From: Octopus vulgaris
Taxonomy: Eukaryota
Length of the DNA: 64,000 bases
Direction of reading: 5' to 3'
NCBI GenBank assembly: GCA_951406725.2
Contig: OX597827.1
Span: 73,470,001-73,534,000 of the forward strand
Both the position numbers and the translations under genes were made by a program. Below the pieces are notes generated by a model. It was not told the origin of the DNA. It saw only the letters and a list, made by a program, of their open reading frames with translations, and ran no database searches. This document shows, piece by piece, positions 1 to 15,598 of this stretch. Within the stretch, counting starts at the first letter, position 1. The number at the start of each line of letters is the position of its first letter.

Positions 1-327
1 GGACGATTAAATAACTACCAGATGAACACTGGGGTCGATGTAATCTACCCACCGCCTTCCGGAAAATCTGTTATTTAGAAGAATTAATTAGCAGTGGCAG
101 GAGATGTGTGGTACACCATTGAGGGGTATCATACGGTATGATAGAGACACAGCAAGAGGTACCTTACTGAAGAGGTGTATATATGTCTTCACCAGCTGGA
201 AAGAGAATTTGAAACCAATACTCTTAGCAAAAGAATGCATGCCACATATTTTTTTTATTTACAGCCTAACATAAGTTTCTCATAACAAAGATTTGGTTGT
301 GTTACATATCCAGCATTTTCGTGATAA

Positions 328-393
328 ACACACACTGATACACACACACACACACACACACAAACACAAACACACACAGACACAGACACACAC

Positions 394-471
<78 letters not shown>
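328..471. repeat. compound (CA)n-(TA)n microsatellite
   Basis: Directly visible; source of the spurious HT/CV/YI ORFs at 255-820. Confidence 0.95.
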
Positions 472-473
472 TG

Positions 474-640
474 TCAGTCATTCGACTGCGGCCATATTGG
501 AGTACTGCCTTGAGGAAATGTACACAAACGAATCGAGCGCAAACATTTATTTTTGATAAAACCTCATCTATTTTTTTACCGAACTGCTGTTGCGAGAAGG
601 TAAAGCTTTTAAACCGGTTGCTAAGCACATGGTGGGGATC
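474..640 (-). mobile_element. 3' part of a tRNA-derived SINE (same family as 1796-2347)
   Basis: Reverse complement ends GGCAGTACTCCAATATGGCCGCAGTCGAATGACTG, matching the tail at 2300-2335. Confidence 0.6.
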
Positions 641-857
641 ACACGCGCACACAAACACGCACACACACATACGCACGCGCGCGCGCACACACGTAAATAT
701 ACATATATTTATGATTTGTCCGCCTACTGCATCCAACAACAACTGTGTGGTCGACCGGAGGCTATTATAGGAGGCAGCACACAATGGGACTGGAAGTACA
801 ACTATGTTGTTGGGAAACAAACCTTTTACAACACAGTCACGCTTGCACCGATATATA

Positions 858-1751
858 CGAAGTTGGTATCACAAATTCCCGGCCTCGTTATGTTTAAAAA
901 AAAAATCACTTGTTTACTTCAGTTTTAACATAATCTTTTTCAAAACAGTCACCTTGCACAGCACTACACCACCAAAAGTGTTTCTCTCACTTTTGGAATT
1001 CGACCTATAAGTCGTTTTCCGTGACTCGAGGACCTTCTGTGATTCACTCTTGATCTCGACAACGGTGTTAAAACGCCGACCGTTGAGCTGCATTTTGAGA
1101 CTGGAGAAGTGAGTAAAGTCCGCATGTGCTAAATCTGGCGAATAAGATGGGTGAGAAAGTGATACCATTTTGATTTTGGCGAGAGCTCACGAGCGAGGAG
1201 ATCTCGGTGATGGGTGCCCTTATCATTGTGAAGAATATAATTCTTCACGCTTCATAGATCCGATCACTTTCGCCGAATCTCTTCCCACAAATGTTTCAAA
1301 ACAGCGCTGTAGAACTCCCGATTGACAGTCTGTCACTGGAGGAGGAATTCCCAAGACCAAATTTTCCGGGTTTGACACTCGTGGTAGGTCTTCCAAATCA
1401 ATTATCATCTTCCACGCAGGTCTTTCCGCTTTTGAAGCGCCCGTGCCACACCAAACATTGCTTAGGACCCATTTCCTCATCGCTGTAAACTTGCCGAAGT
1501 ATGGTCAATGCCTCTGTAACCGACTTCTCAAGTTTAACGCAAAATTTCATTGTGTCTCCTTGATCCTGACAAAATCGCAGACTACAGCATAAAAAAATTC
1601 CATAAAAAAATACAGATGTGAACACGGCGAATTCATTCGGAACACCGCTTCGTGGAGGTCACTGCTAGCATTCACTGCACACGCAATCATATGTTGCCAT
1701 CTTTTGGCACGCCGCAGAACTAGTCCGGGGAATTTTTTTTATATCACCTCG
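858..1751 (-). mobile_element. Tc1/mariner DNA transposon relic, internally deleted, transposase pseudogene
   Basis: ORF pieces MKFCVKLEKSVTEALTILRQVY..WHGRFKSG (HTH) and HPSYSPDLAHADF (mariner YSPDLAPxD motif). Imperfect TIRs CGAAGTTGGTATCACAAATTCCCGG and rc CGAGGTGATATAAAAAAAATTCCCCGG, each flanked by TA. Confidence 0.9.
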
Positions 1752-1754
1752 TAT

Positions 1755-1795
<41 letters not shown>

Positions 1796-1798
<3 letters not shown>

Positions 1799-1942
1799 GC
1801 GCGCAGGTATGGTTGTGTGGTAAGAAACTTGCCGGTTTGAGACCCTCTGCGTGGCATTTGGGCAGGTGTCTTCTGCTATAGCCTCGGGCTGACCAAAGAC
1901 TTGTGAGTGGATTTCGTAGATGGAAATTTAAAGAAACACGTC

Positions 1943-2000
<58 letters not shown>

Positions 2001-2065
2001 GTATATATATATATATGTATGTATGTATATATATATATGTATGTATGTATATATATATATGTATG

Positions 2066-2123
<58 letters not shown>

Positions 2124-2347
2124 TAAGTGCGTATGTATTTGTGTATTTGTGTTTGTCCCACCACCTCCGATTCACAAACGACGTTTGCGTGTTTACGTCC
2201 TCGTAAGTTAGCGCATCGACAAAAGGCACCGATAGAATTGAACTTGAGCTACAATTGAACTACAAAGAATAAGTCCTGAGGTCGAATTTTTCTACTGAAG
2301 GTGGTGCTACAGCATGACTCAGTCAAAGGACTGTAACAAGTAAAAAA
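1796..2347 (+). mobile_element. tRNA-derived SINE with internal (TA)/(TATG)n array
   Basis: Head with A-box-like TGGTTGTGTGGTAAG and B-box-like GGTTTGAGACC; internal microsatellite 1944-2120; 3' tail GGTGGTGCTACAGCATGACTCAGTCAAAGGACTG. Confidence 0.75.
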
Positions 2348-2364
2348 ACTTTATATATATATAA

Positions 2365-2735
2365 AAGACCCGAAATTTTGGGGAAAGGGTCCAGGCGATA
2401 AGATCGACCCAGTACGTAACTGGTACTTAATTTCTCGACCCAGAAGAGATGAAAGGCAAAGTCGATCTCGGCGGAATTTGAATTCAGAGCGCGAAGACAG
2501 ACAAAATACCTATTTCTTTACTACCCACAAGGGGCTAAACACAGAGGACAAACAAGGACAGAGAAACGGATTAAGTCGATTATATCGACCCCAGTGCGTA
2601 ACTGGTATTTATTTAATCAACCCCGGAAGGATGAAAGGCAAAGTCGACTTCGGCGGAATTTGAACTCAGAACGTAACGGCAGACGAAATACGGCTACGCA
2701 TTTCACCCGGCGTGCTGTCGTTTCTGCCAGCTCGA
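2365..2735 (-). mobile_element. two tandem copies of a second tRNA-derived SINE family
   Basis: Core ATGAAAGGCAAAGTCGA(T)CTCGGCGGAATTTGAA occurs twice; reverse complement of the copies at 45698 and 47091-47830. Confidence 0.8.
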
Positions 2736-2765
2736 CTTATAAATTTATGTGTGTGTGTGTGTGTA

Positions 2766-2809
<44 letters not shown>

Positions 2810-4454
2810 AAACGTTCATACAGAACATAAGTGCAAGTATGTAATTCTTATGTCTATGCACACTCAAACTCTGGTCACGATGTTATATCTTGGTTGTCAC
2901 ATGTGACATTATGCTAATACTCTATATCAAAACATTACTTCATTTATCTTATGAATCGTGACAAGCCAAATGTGGGAGACATGCCTAACATATAGAAAGT
3001 ATCGTTTAGTCGTTGGTACTTATGGCGAAATATCAGTAATTTGTGTTTATTATTTCATAATATTTCTTAAATGTATAACCATTGGTTGATGGCTCAGGTA
3101 AAATTTATTTTTCCATTTTGCAAATACAAATTATCATTATGACTTGTGATTTTTAAAGTTAGTTAAAATGATTTCTTTACAATGAAGGAGCATTTCTCGC
3201 AAGATTAGGTGTTCTATTTATGACGTCATAAACTGCTAGGCTATATGTGTAATAGTCATTATACTTTAAACCATGCAGGTTCTAGCTGAAGGATTTAAGC
3301 ATTGATGGACTTTGTGAAATTTGTGTCAAGAATACAGGTACATTTAAAGTGTAGAATGAAAGGAAGCTTGCAGGCTCTGCTGGATGTACAAAGTGAGTGT
3401 AAATGTACGGAAACAATGTGATGAGAGAAAAAATAATTGGCATAAGAGTCATTAGAAGTGCGCAAGAGAGAGGACTGAGCTGGTGAAGTCATAGAATACA
3501 GATGAGAAAAACAGCTGCACAAAGACGTAGCAACCGCCTTATTTGGATGAAACATTTCTGTGAAATAGTGAAGCCCGGCCTCAGCATGTTAAACCCTGCG
3601 GAGATGAGAGATGAAGGAGATGAATGGTGATGTGTTGCATTTGAGAAGACCCAACCATCTCAGCAAGAATGAGATTCGGTTAAGCTGAACTCAATAATTC
3701 CTCTTCTAACGATCATGTTCGCGTCAATTTTGAAACTGTGATACTACTCACTCAGGTGCTGTAACTAATCTCATTTATCCTTTATCCTTCATATTGTGTC
3801 CCTAATACAGTCCGTCATGATTGACTCCTCCCCTTCTATTTACATCACCTTACCTCACCAAACTGATATTCATGTAACCCTTACCTCTAATCATCTGTCA
3901 AACTCTTTTTACACTCTAGCGAAGTTACCTAAATCCCACTCATCCACCTTTTTCTGTTCATTTATCTGTATTCTCTCAGAACTATTTTGTTCATTGAAGG
4001 TATGCCCTCACAATCTCTCTTTCCCTATCTCTATCCACCTTTCTCTCCTCTTTCTCACGCCCTCTCCCTTTCTCTCTCTCTCTCTTTCAGCTAGTGAAGC
4101 CATCTATTCAACCTCTTCAGCAAGATACTTGTTCCTCTCTCTCTCTATTATACATTCATATCCCTCAATAATGTACACCCACACAATTGAGCGTTCTCTA
4201 ATGCTGGTGTCACAACAAAAGCGCCTAGTAAACATTGTAAAGCGGTTGACGTTAAGAAGGGCAGCCTACTCTAGAAATCATGCCAAAGCAGATAGCAGAG
4301 CTAGGCGTAGCCCTCTGTCATCCTTGGGACCCATCGAAGTATTCACTGCATGAAAGCATGGGACAAGGACGTCAGATGATGATGAAGAGCAAAGGATATT
4401 GTAGCCTATCTATCATTTCATTTCTATATTGTTTCTGTCTGTCTATCTGTTCTA

Positions 4455-7387
4455 TTTTTTAATTATTATAAATCTTCCACTGAGGAGGGAACCGGTTTCC
4501 AACAAAGATACTGTTCCACTCAAAAATTGCAGTTACAATGTACGAATTAGTCGGTCGATTTCTCTTTTCAGAATCCCAGTTTATTCAGATTCTCCTTTAA
4601 GCCTTTACTACCAAAACCTTGTGCCCGAATTATCATTGGTATGAATATGAATTCACAATCTGGATAAAGAAGCTGGAGGTTTCGAAACAGCTGTCCATAG
4701 ATATCTTCTTTTTCTTTTATTTTGAAAGCGATATCTACATCTGCAGGGCGGCTGACCTCTGTGATGGTACATACATTTGCCCCCCTGTCCCAATCGACAA
4801 TATCCGGCCATTTAAGCCTAATTTGACAGGAGTGTTGATGGGAATATTCAACCAGTATTCCTTGAGTTGCTGCTTATGAATGGATTCCATAACAGGGAGA
4901 TTTTCTAAGATTATTTCATGACATGTCTTATTTTGCGGATGGCATTGTAAATAGTTTTAGTAACAACGTAGAGCCGCATTGGGAGGTAGTAACGTGACGA
5001 CATTTTAGGACAGCAGCTAATCACAGAAACATGACGTAACCTACATGTGCGGCCGCACCTTGGGGTTAAAAGAGCGTCACTGTCTCTATTGTTCACCAGG
5101 TACGTTGTGCCAATCTCCTTTTCCTGGATTGCAAACGATAGCCTTCAAAGTGTGATGTGATGTACTAGTCTTGTGTTCAAGAAAGGCTGCACTTGATGTC
5201 AGTTCTACTGATTTCAAGTTTCCGGGCAGCATATCCATGCATAGACTTCTTTTTTTGTATGCTGAGTGCTTTCCATCCAGGCCTTCTTTTAGGTGAGAGA
5301 GCCCATCAGCTTTTGAGCCGTATAGGAGATCATCGGGGAAAGTGTGTTTCTTGAGGAGTTCACTGCCAACTCGTACAATGATCCTCACTTAACTTTTCAG
5401 CACTGCATTTACACATTTACTGCTGTTGTTCAACAGGTGTTGCCTGAGTGTGATACCAAACGGCATTCATTCGAAGTCCGTCTGCTCTGATCTCAGGCCT
5501 CTACTACCTTCATTTCTTCTTAGGTAGAGCGTGTAAACATCACTGTTTCTGTGGAGCTACTCACTTCCTGTCAGGATTTTGCGGGTTTTGATATCTATGG
5601 AGCGGATTTCCTCTACAGACCAATCAAGTATCCCAAATGTTGGGATCAGCTCTGCATTGTGGGATATTGTTTTGTTATATGAGGAGAGTGTAATATTCTG
5701 GGGCCACTCTATCTTTATTCACAGTGCCTTCATATGATACATTTTCGTTTATACCTAGGTACTTCTAACATTTTTTGTGCGGAATTGGGGAGACAGAGGA
5801 CCGTTGATGCACAGGTTTTGGGTTTGGGGACTGACTTTCCTCGTTTTAAAACCAAATATGAACATTTCTTTCGGCCAAATTCCATGCCTATAACAGCTGA
5901 AAATGTTATTAATTCCATTTGTTTTTTGGTATTGTTAACACTTTTAGCATAAATTTTGAACTTGTCTACAAAGTAATTATGAGTTACATTGATATTTCTG
6001 GCAGTTGAAGGTCCTGGCATGTAACCATTTGTTTTCTGCAGTAGGAACAATAATGGATTCAGTGCCATATTGAAAGTGAATACAGAAAAACCATCTCCCT
6101 GAAATATTCCTTTTAAGATGCCTGCACTATCTGGAACAATTATTCTGTTCTCAGTTGGAATGAAGGATGAGAACTGTTGTCAATGTCTTTGTGAGTCTCT
6201 CTATAGCAAAAATTAGAGTGGTAAGTACTTTTGCTTGGTGCAAGCACTTCAACAGTCATGAATGAGGGATAGAGCCGATTGCCTTCTTACAGTCAAGCTA
6301 TACTGTCACAAGGCTTTCTACGCTTTTTTCGTACTTCAGACAGTACAGCTTTCTTTGTTAAAAGTTGTTCGCCACATCCCTACATCCCGTCTTTTCCGCC
6401 AGCCTGTTCATCAGTCACAATGTTGTTCGACTCAAGTTTTGTTCTTCAAGTTTTGTTTTCCATCTAGGTCGTTTCAGTTTAGTAATTTCGTTATTTTTTA
6501 CTGTAGATTTCTCCTAGGTGTTCTTGAAGAGTAAAAGCGGCTGTGTATATATAAGATTATTTATATTCCAGTAATTAACTTCACGTGATTCCATGTTATC
6601 TACAGGGACATCGTTGATAACTTTAAACATTAGATCGGTCGGAGTTTTTCTGACTGTCGATCGGAATAGTCTGCTGCTCAACGAAAACTTCGAGAAAGTA
6701 GCAAAATGTTTTGCGAATTGTAACTTTAAAATGTTCTTGAGTTGGTCGTATTCCGCAGTCTTCGCTCTTGTGTCTGCCAGGGTTGGAGATACACTCGAAT
6801 TTAGCGATGGCGGAAGCGATGGTTTGTTTACATTATTTTTAACGCCACTTCTGGCAGATTTTGTCCCATTCTCAGTGATTTGGGAGGATCAAGGTTCAGA
6901 TGATTTTTTTTTTTTACAAAAGATGCTTGTTGTCGGAGTTATTTCGCTGTGAAGGCATTTAAGTTGGGATGAGCTTCGTCCCAGTTTTGTTTTAATCGCT
7001 TCATGTATCCGATTGAAGAGTCATGTCCAGCTTTTTCATAGCAGCGAAGTAAACCTTAGTTTAGTTGCTGGGTACAAGTAAAATGAAAAGAGTCCTTACG
7101 TCTTCTTAAATTACTCACTGGTGAAATAATTGTATTTTCATTGGTGGTGTTAGTTTCATCTATAATCGTGTTACCGAGATTCTACTTGGTGAAAATTTAT
7201 ATATTAAAATATGTGCAGCATGACGCTACGTTGGTGAGTAAAAGATGTTTATCTTATTAATTATTGGAGAAATAGTCCAGTAAGCGATTTAATTCGGAGA
7301 AGTCGGCATATTTCTAAAAGAAGGCGTTCAAAACAGACATTATAAATGGTCTTCTACACCTGCACGTCCGGTGCTGACAGCGCCATT
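4455..7387 (-). mobile_element. decayed R4/Dong-type (RLE) non-LTR retrotransposon
   Basis: Minus-strand remnants GIFQGDGFS, HNYFVDKFKIYAK (YxDD region), GMEFGRKKC; many stops and frameshifts. 5' end abuts (CATA)n; 3' UTR is repeated at 7612-7690. Confidence 0.75.
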
Positions 7388-7935
7388 ATGTATGTTTGTA
7401 TGTATGTATGCGCGTGTGTGTATGTATGTGTGTATGTGTGTATGTATGCGTGTATGTATGTATGTACATATGCATGTGTGTATCTATGTATGTATGTATG
7501 TATGTATGTATGTATGTATGTATGTATGTATGCATGTATGCATGTGTGTATGTATGTATGTATGCATGTATGCATGTGTGTATGTATGTATGTATTTATG
7601 TATGTATGCCTCTTCTATTTTTTAATTATTATAAGTCTTCCACTGAGGAGAGAAACGGTTTCCAACAGAGATACAAGGCTCCATCTTTGGGATGTAGACA
7701 ACACATACAAATTCACATTTGTATTTATGTCAATGTTCAGTATTATAACCTAGATTCAAGACTCCTTCATTGTAATTTCAACATCAACAGCAGGGTAGTT
7801 TTGTACGTATGTATGTATGTATGTATGTATGTATGTATGTATGTATGTATGTATGTATGTATGTATGTATGTATGTATGCGTGCATGTATGTATGTATGT
7901 ATGAATGTATGTATGTGTGTATATATGTATGTATA
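7388..7935. repeat. (TATG)n arrays interrupted by R4-type 3' UTR fragments (7612-7800)
   Basis: Visible tetranucleotide arrays; 7612-7672 matches 4450-4508, and 7745-7797 is the reverse complement of 36829-36880. Confidence 0.85.
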
Positions 7936-8184
7936 TATGAACGTCCTTTCGTAGCTACGTACGTATATTTCTATGTATGAATATATGTATATGAATATTT
8001 ATATGTGCGTGAGTGTTTGTTTGCCTGTTTGTGTGTGTGCGTGTGTGTATGTGAGTGTGTGTTTGTGCAGATATGTACATGCATGAATTCATATATAAAC
8101 ACACAAGCATTCATATACAATCAGTGATGTTATGATATATCATAAAAACACAGTTTGTTATAGAAATATACTATATGCTGATGG

Positions 8185-8748
8185 ACTTCGATAGTAGACT
8201 ATTTGTTTTATGATGGTCTACTTAACACATATTGTATCACATTCTCATAGAAAGATTTCTGTATTTAAATTATTATAGATGAGATGTTCCATATTAATGA
8301 GACCAGTTTATAAAGTGAATAAAGGTGATTTTACTTATTCCGATTTCTCTTTCTTCACGAACATTCATCAAAAATTGAAGGAAAGGGATCTTTTCACTTT
8401 GACCGGCAGATTTTTGAAATAATTTCTTTGTAACTAAACACTTAAAACTTCGTATACTGGTAGTGTGTTACAGAAAACATCTTTTTCTCTTGGTTTCTTG
8501 AGAAAATTCGGTAGTTTGTAATCTATATGATCTTTAATTTCTTGCATTTCGGCAATTTCAACCAATCAATGACGTCTATTGAGGTGAATCCAATTTCTGC
8601 CGTATTTTGTCACAAACATTTTCTGGAGGTGTCATATGTTGAGGAAGACAAATTGTGCTGCAGTGTATTTATACGTTGTATCCCTCAATTGGGAAGGGGC
8701 CATTTATTTATACCTGCTAGCATATATATATATATATATTCATATATG

Positions 8749-8815
<67 letters not shown>

Positions 8816-8838
8816 ATGTATATATATATATACATATG

Positions 8839-8895
<57 letters not shown>

Positions 8896-9290
8896 ATATT
8901 TATATATACATATATGCAAGCAGGTATAAATAAATAGGTATATATTATAAATATATATGTATATATATATATACATAAGTATGAATGTATAACTACACGT
9001 AAATGTTGTGTTGTGTGTATATACAAGCACACACGCATAAACTGTATAAGTACATAACTTCATACCTAAATTCACAAAATAGAGACGTGTGCAGGGGAAG
9101 TATGTGTGTGCAGGGGAAGTATGTGTGTGCTCCTGAAAGGGAAGGATTATTACGTACCTTATTTTAGTTTTGAGACAATGTTAAATAAGCCTGGGCCTGT
9201 TGAGGAAAAGTAATTGTGTTGCAGTGTATCTATATGTTGTATCCCTGAATTGGGAAGGAGGCGTATATATACATAACAATTACATATATA
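8185..9290. repeat. partial tandem copies of the local duplication unit (modules M and N)
   Basis: 8185-8382 matches 9883-10080; 8640-8700 and 8900-9290 match 11060-11520, including a CR1 3' fragment encoding [21 protein letters not shown] on the minus strand. Confidence 0.85.
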
Positions 9291-9479
9291 CACACACATA
9301 CATACATACATATATACATACATACATACATACATACATACATACATACATACATACATACATACATACATACATACATACATACATACAAACATACATA
9401 CATACATACATACATACATACATACATACATACATACATACATACATACATACATACAGCAGAAAGTTTTCATATTTTA

Positions 9480-10656
9480 CACTTTTGTGAACAAAGTTTG
9501 GAAGAGTTAAATGTGTTTCTCATTTCACAGACAAGATGTAAAAATTCGACTGAATACAACAGAGAATTTGGGAAGTTTCCCATTATAAGACGAAAGCACT
9601 ATCTTTAGATTTCTTCAATGTCAATTTACAGGTAATTATTTCACCTGCATACGTTCTCTCACTAATATACATATTTGTATAGTATTGGTATGTATTAGTT
9701 ACCTAATCACACATTCTAAAAATGCTTTATAGATTTCTGAAATAAAATGTTTCATTCTTTATCAGAGAAATTGCTATTCGAACTTCACAGAGATAGAGAA
9801 GAAAATTATTTATTCGTTCGACATATCAGCTACGATAACAGATAGTAATGGAGTTGTCTGCACTGAAATTAAATTTGCCCAACCTTCGATAATAGACTAT
9901 TTATTTCATGATGGTCTACTTAACACATATTGTATCACATTCTCATAGAAAGATTTCTGTATTTAAACTATTATAGATGAGATGTTCCATATTAATGAGA
10001 GCAGTTCATAAAGTGAATAAAAGTGATTTCTCTTATTCAGATTTTTATTTCTTCAACAAAAGTCATCAAAAATTGAAGGACATCAAAATCAATGTAACTT
10101 GGATTACTCTAGTTTCAAACTTATAATTGTAAAAGTTCCTACTTACCGTGTCTGTCGATAGAACCACGAAAAACATTTTGTATGTCTTCTTATTTTCTGT
10201 AGAATTATTAATTTTAAAAAAAATGACTCTATAGTATTAAATGCTAATAAACTGTAATTTTCCACTGAATTTCTTTATGAATTTTCAATGTCAGCAGTGG
10301 AACAAATATGTTGACCTGTTTTGTCTTGTCGAGGTTTGTAGCAGACGATATTAAGATTGGGGAATACGCATGCGTCAAGCGATTCTATTTCTGACGTAAT
10401 ATTGCCATTGACAACGGTTCGCTTACTTTAAGCTGGGTTTGTGAGAAATATTGAACTTAAGACAAAGACATGTTATCCAAGGGCGGCTACTCGTGTTGGA
10501 TTTTCACACGGATAATTATCAGTTGTTGCCGATTATACAGAATGTTTTGTTATGACGATGGGAATATTTGTTGCAGAAATAAGGTTTGTTTATTTTGATA
10601 TATTTAGATTTGGAAGCGAATCTAAATTTTGTTGTCGGTTGTTGGATTATTAGTAA

Positions 10657-10713
<57 letters not shown>

Positions 10714-11006
10714 AGCAAGGTATAAATATGTATATATATAATATATAATATATATAATATATGATGTATAATATATATGATATATAATAAGATTGGGTAT
10801 TATCTGGTAGTTGATAATTGATTTGGATACAGTTCTCCATTTTCTTATTTTGTATTATTAATTTGTGGTAAAACATTTTACCTTTGCCCATATAATACAG
10901 TAAATGAATTAACATCTATGTATTAACTCTGTTGGGTACTTCACTAGCAGTATATTGGATATATGTTATCCCATGGAGGGTTGCATTTACAACCCCTATC
11001 TCAATT

Positions 11007-11057
<51 letters not shown>

Positions 11058-11520
11058 ATCTACAAGCAGGTATAAATAAATATCTATATAATATATATAT
11101 ATATGTATGCAAGCAGGTACGAATAAATATATATATATAATAAAGATATATATGTGTGTGTGTGTGTTTTTGTATACATACATTCACATATAAATACATA
11201 TCCATGCAAGTATGTATGAATGTATATATGTATGTAAATGTATAACTACATGTGTGTGTTGTGTGTGTATATACAAGCACACAAGCACAACACTGTATAC
11301 GTACATAACTTCATACCTACATTCACAAAATAGAGACGTGTGCAGGGGAAGTATGTGTGTGCTCCTGAAAGGGAAGGATTATTACGTACCTTATTTTAGT
11401 TTTGAGACAATGTTAAATAAGCCTGGGCCTGTTGAGGAAAAGTAATTGTGTTGCAGTGTATCGATATGCTGTATCCCTGAGTTGGGAAGGGGGCGGATAT
11501 ACACATAACAATTACATATA
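9480..11520 (-). repeat. local segmental duplication unit, inverted relative to 24648-25670 and 31770-33500
   Basis: Near-identical reverse-complement matches read by eye across about 1 kb (module M) and 0.4 kb (module N). Confidence 0.9.
10141..10500 (-). promoter_or_regulatory. putative promoter plus mini first exon (copy A)
   Basis: GCCGCCC GC-box-like, TTACGTCA CRE-like, ACGCATGCGT NRF1-like palindrome (10366-10375), then ATG TTT TTC GTG GTT CTA TCG ACA GAC ACG|GTAAGT donor. Confidence 0.4.
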
Positions 11521-11580
11521 TATACACACACATGCATACATACATACATACATACATACATACATACATACATACATACA

Positions 11581-11611
<31 letters not shown>

Positions 11612-11848
11612 GCACGCACGTGTCACTCAGACTTACTAAAATAAAGTAAAATTATCATTATACATTTTATAGATATTTCTTGTAGCTCTTCGAGATGTCT
11701 GACTTTCGGTTAGATTCTGTGTCCTGTAACAGCAATCACCAGTTCCTGAAAATGTAGGAAGGTTATGAAATATTCACGGAGAATGTTGGATGCTACGATT
11801 TATTTACTTATTCATTTCCACAGGAAAAGTGGTCAGTTTAACACACAC

Positions 11849-12325
<477 letters not shown>

Positions 12326-12613
12326 AAATTTTCCTTTACAATTCTTGAAAAGTCACATTATGACGAAAACCGGTTTGAATTAATATATATTTATATATTT
12401 TATCAATTTTTCAAAAACTTTTTCCATACACCCATTTTCATTAAAATTTTCTTTCAATTTAGCATTCTGCCTTTTTACAATTTTTCCTTGCTTATCATTT
12501 CTCAACGTGCGGTCAACACAACCCCACAATTTATTGATCTCTCTCTCTCTTTATATATATATATATACAGATATATATACAGCTTGACACCATAACCAAT
12601 GAGCCATGCGCCT

Positions 12614-14161
<1,548 letters not shown>

Positions 14162-14476
14162 CTGTTGAACTGGACGGACGTCTATTTGTTTCTCTCCCGA
14201 GTCAGTAGCAAGCTACACAGCTTCAAAACTAACTGACCTTAAATATATATATATTTGTAACCACGTGTTTGCCTACAAACCCGTAAGTACGTTTTCATTT
14301 AACTACAAATTGTTATATACACCTGTTTTTCTTTTAATATCCTCAAACAACCAAATAATCAAAAACTCACACCCTTAAGAGAGAACATTTATATATATAT
14401 ACACTTCTTTAACTCCCAAGAAAGAATATATATATTTTCAAAAATCAAAAGGAAAACAAACAAAAGAAAAACAAAC

Positions 14477-15598
14477 ATGACTAACTTGCAGGCCTGCAAC
14501 AGACGAAATTGGTCTGATAACGAAATTGATGTTTTAATAAACACATGGCTCTCTCTTTCCCAAACAGAAAATCTAAATGTCTTGTGTTTGAATGAGATTG
14601 CCGAAAAAACATCACAAGTGGTCAACACACGATCCGTCAAACAGATTCGTAGCAAGTTGAAACATATCGAAGTATCTTTCAAACTGATAAGAGGCCATTA
14701 TGAAAAGCTTCTACATATTTTCACAGTTCAAGAACAACAACAGCTAGAAAATCAGCAGCCACAACAACAACAACAACAGAATGAGCCACTCCTGGTTCCC
14801 AACACAATGGCTGACCCTGACATCGGTCAGGCACAACAACAACAACAACAGCCACAGCAACAAGAACAACAACAGCCACTCCTCAACTCTAGCTTACTAG
14901 ACGATTCACTAAATGCCAGTATCTTTTCACCGCTCTCACAGCAACCACCACAATTATCATCATCATCATCACCACCGCTGCCACCATCGTCTTCTATCAC
15001 CAAAAATACCAACAGAAAACCAAATAAGAAACCACTGCCCTCTTCCCCCACATCACCACCTCAATACTACTGCAGTAACAAAAACTTAAAGAAACATAGG
15101 AAGCAGAATGCGCCCCCCACGGCACAAACAAGAAATCCCCAAATATGCCGCTATTCACTGCGCCAGAGACTCTGCACAAATAGTGACTGCATCTTCACGC
15201 ATCTACCCGGCACTAGACGCACTACTGGCCAAGGCCAAAGCACGCATCCCACAATAACATCAACACCACCAAATAGTAAATCGAAATTCAAAACACACAC
15301 AACTCGGAGTCCCAAAATCTGCCGGTATTCCCAACGTGAGAGAACATGTCTACTGAGTGACTGTCCCTTCACTCATCTTCCAGGGACCCGACGCACAAAC
15401 AGAAACGGGGCCTCAAGCCAACACACAAACCTGAATAACAATAAAAATAGAAACACACCATGCTGCAGTAATGCTGGTCCAGTCTTTTCAGGAAGACACA
15501 AAAACAACAACAACAAAAGTGGAAACTACAACCCTATCCAACAGTGCAACCACACCTCCAGCCAAAAACTGCTCCCTAAGCAGGAAAATTCTTTTTAG
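14477..15598 (+). CDS. LINE-A ORF1: Myb/SANT-like trihelix domain, polyQ, two CCCH zinc fingers
   Basis: RRNWSDNEIDVLINTW..RSVKQIRSKLKHI resembles trihelix Myb. CRYSLRQRLCTNSDCIFTH and CRYSQRERTCLLSDCPFTH are C-x8-C-x4-C-x3-H, each followed by LPGTRRT. Confidence 0.8.
   Translation: MTNLQACNRRNWSDNEIDVLINTWLSLSQTENLNVLCLNEIAEKTSQVVNTRSVKQIRSKLKHIEVSFKLIRGHYEKLLHIFTVQEQQQLENQQPQQQQQQNEPLLVPNTMADPDIGQAQQQQQQPQQQEQQQPLLNSSLLDDSLNASIFSPLSQQPPQLSSSSSPPLPPSSSITKNTNRKPNKKPLPSSPTSPPQYYCSNKNLKKHRKQNAPPTAQTRNPQICRYSLRQRLCTNSDCIFTHLPGTRRTTGQGQSTHPTITSTPPNSKSKFKTHTTRSPKICRYSQRERTCLLSDCPFTHLPGTRRTNRNGASSQHTNLNNNKNRNTPCCSNAGPVFSGRHKNNNNKSGNYNPIQQCNHTSSQKLLPKQENSF

Noticed and set aside
7280-7387. HDV-like ribozyme at the 5' end of the R4-type element
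   Set aside because: Only a weak GGCG/CGCC pairing; I could not build the P1.1/P3/P4 topology.
15471-15591. ATG at 15471 as the true ORF2 start
   Set aside because: In frame with ORF2 only if the T-run is five long; comparison with LINE-B suggests a missing T. Not fully excluded.
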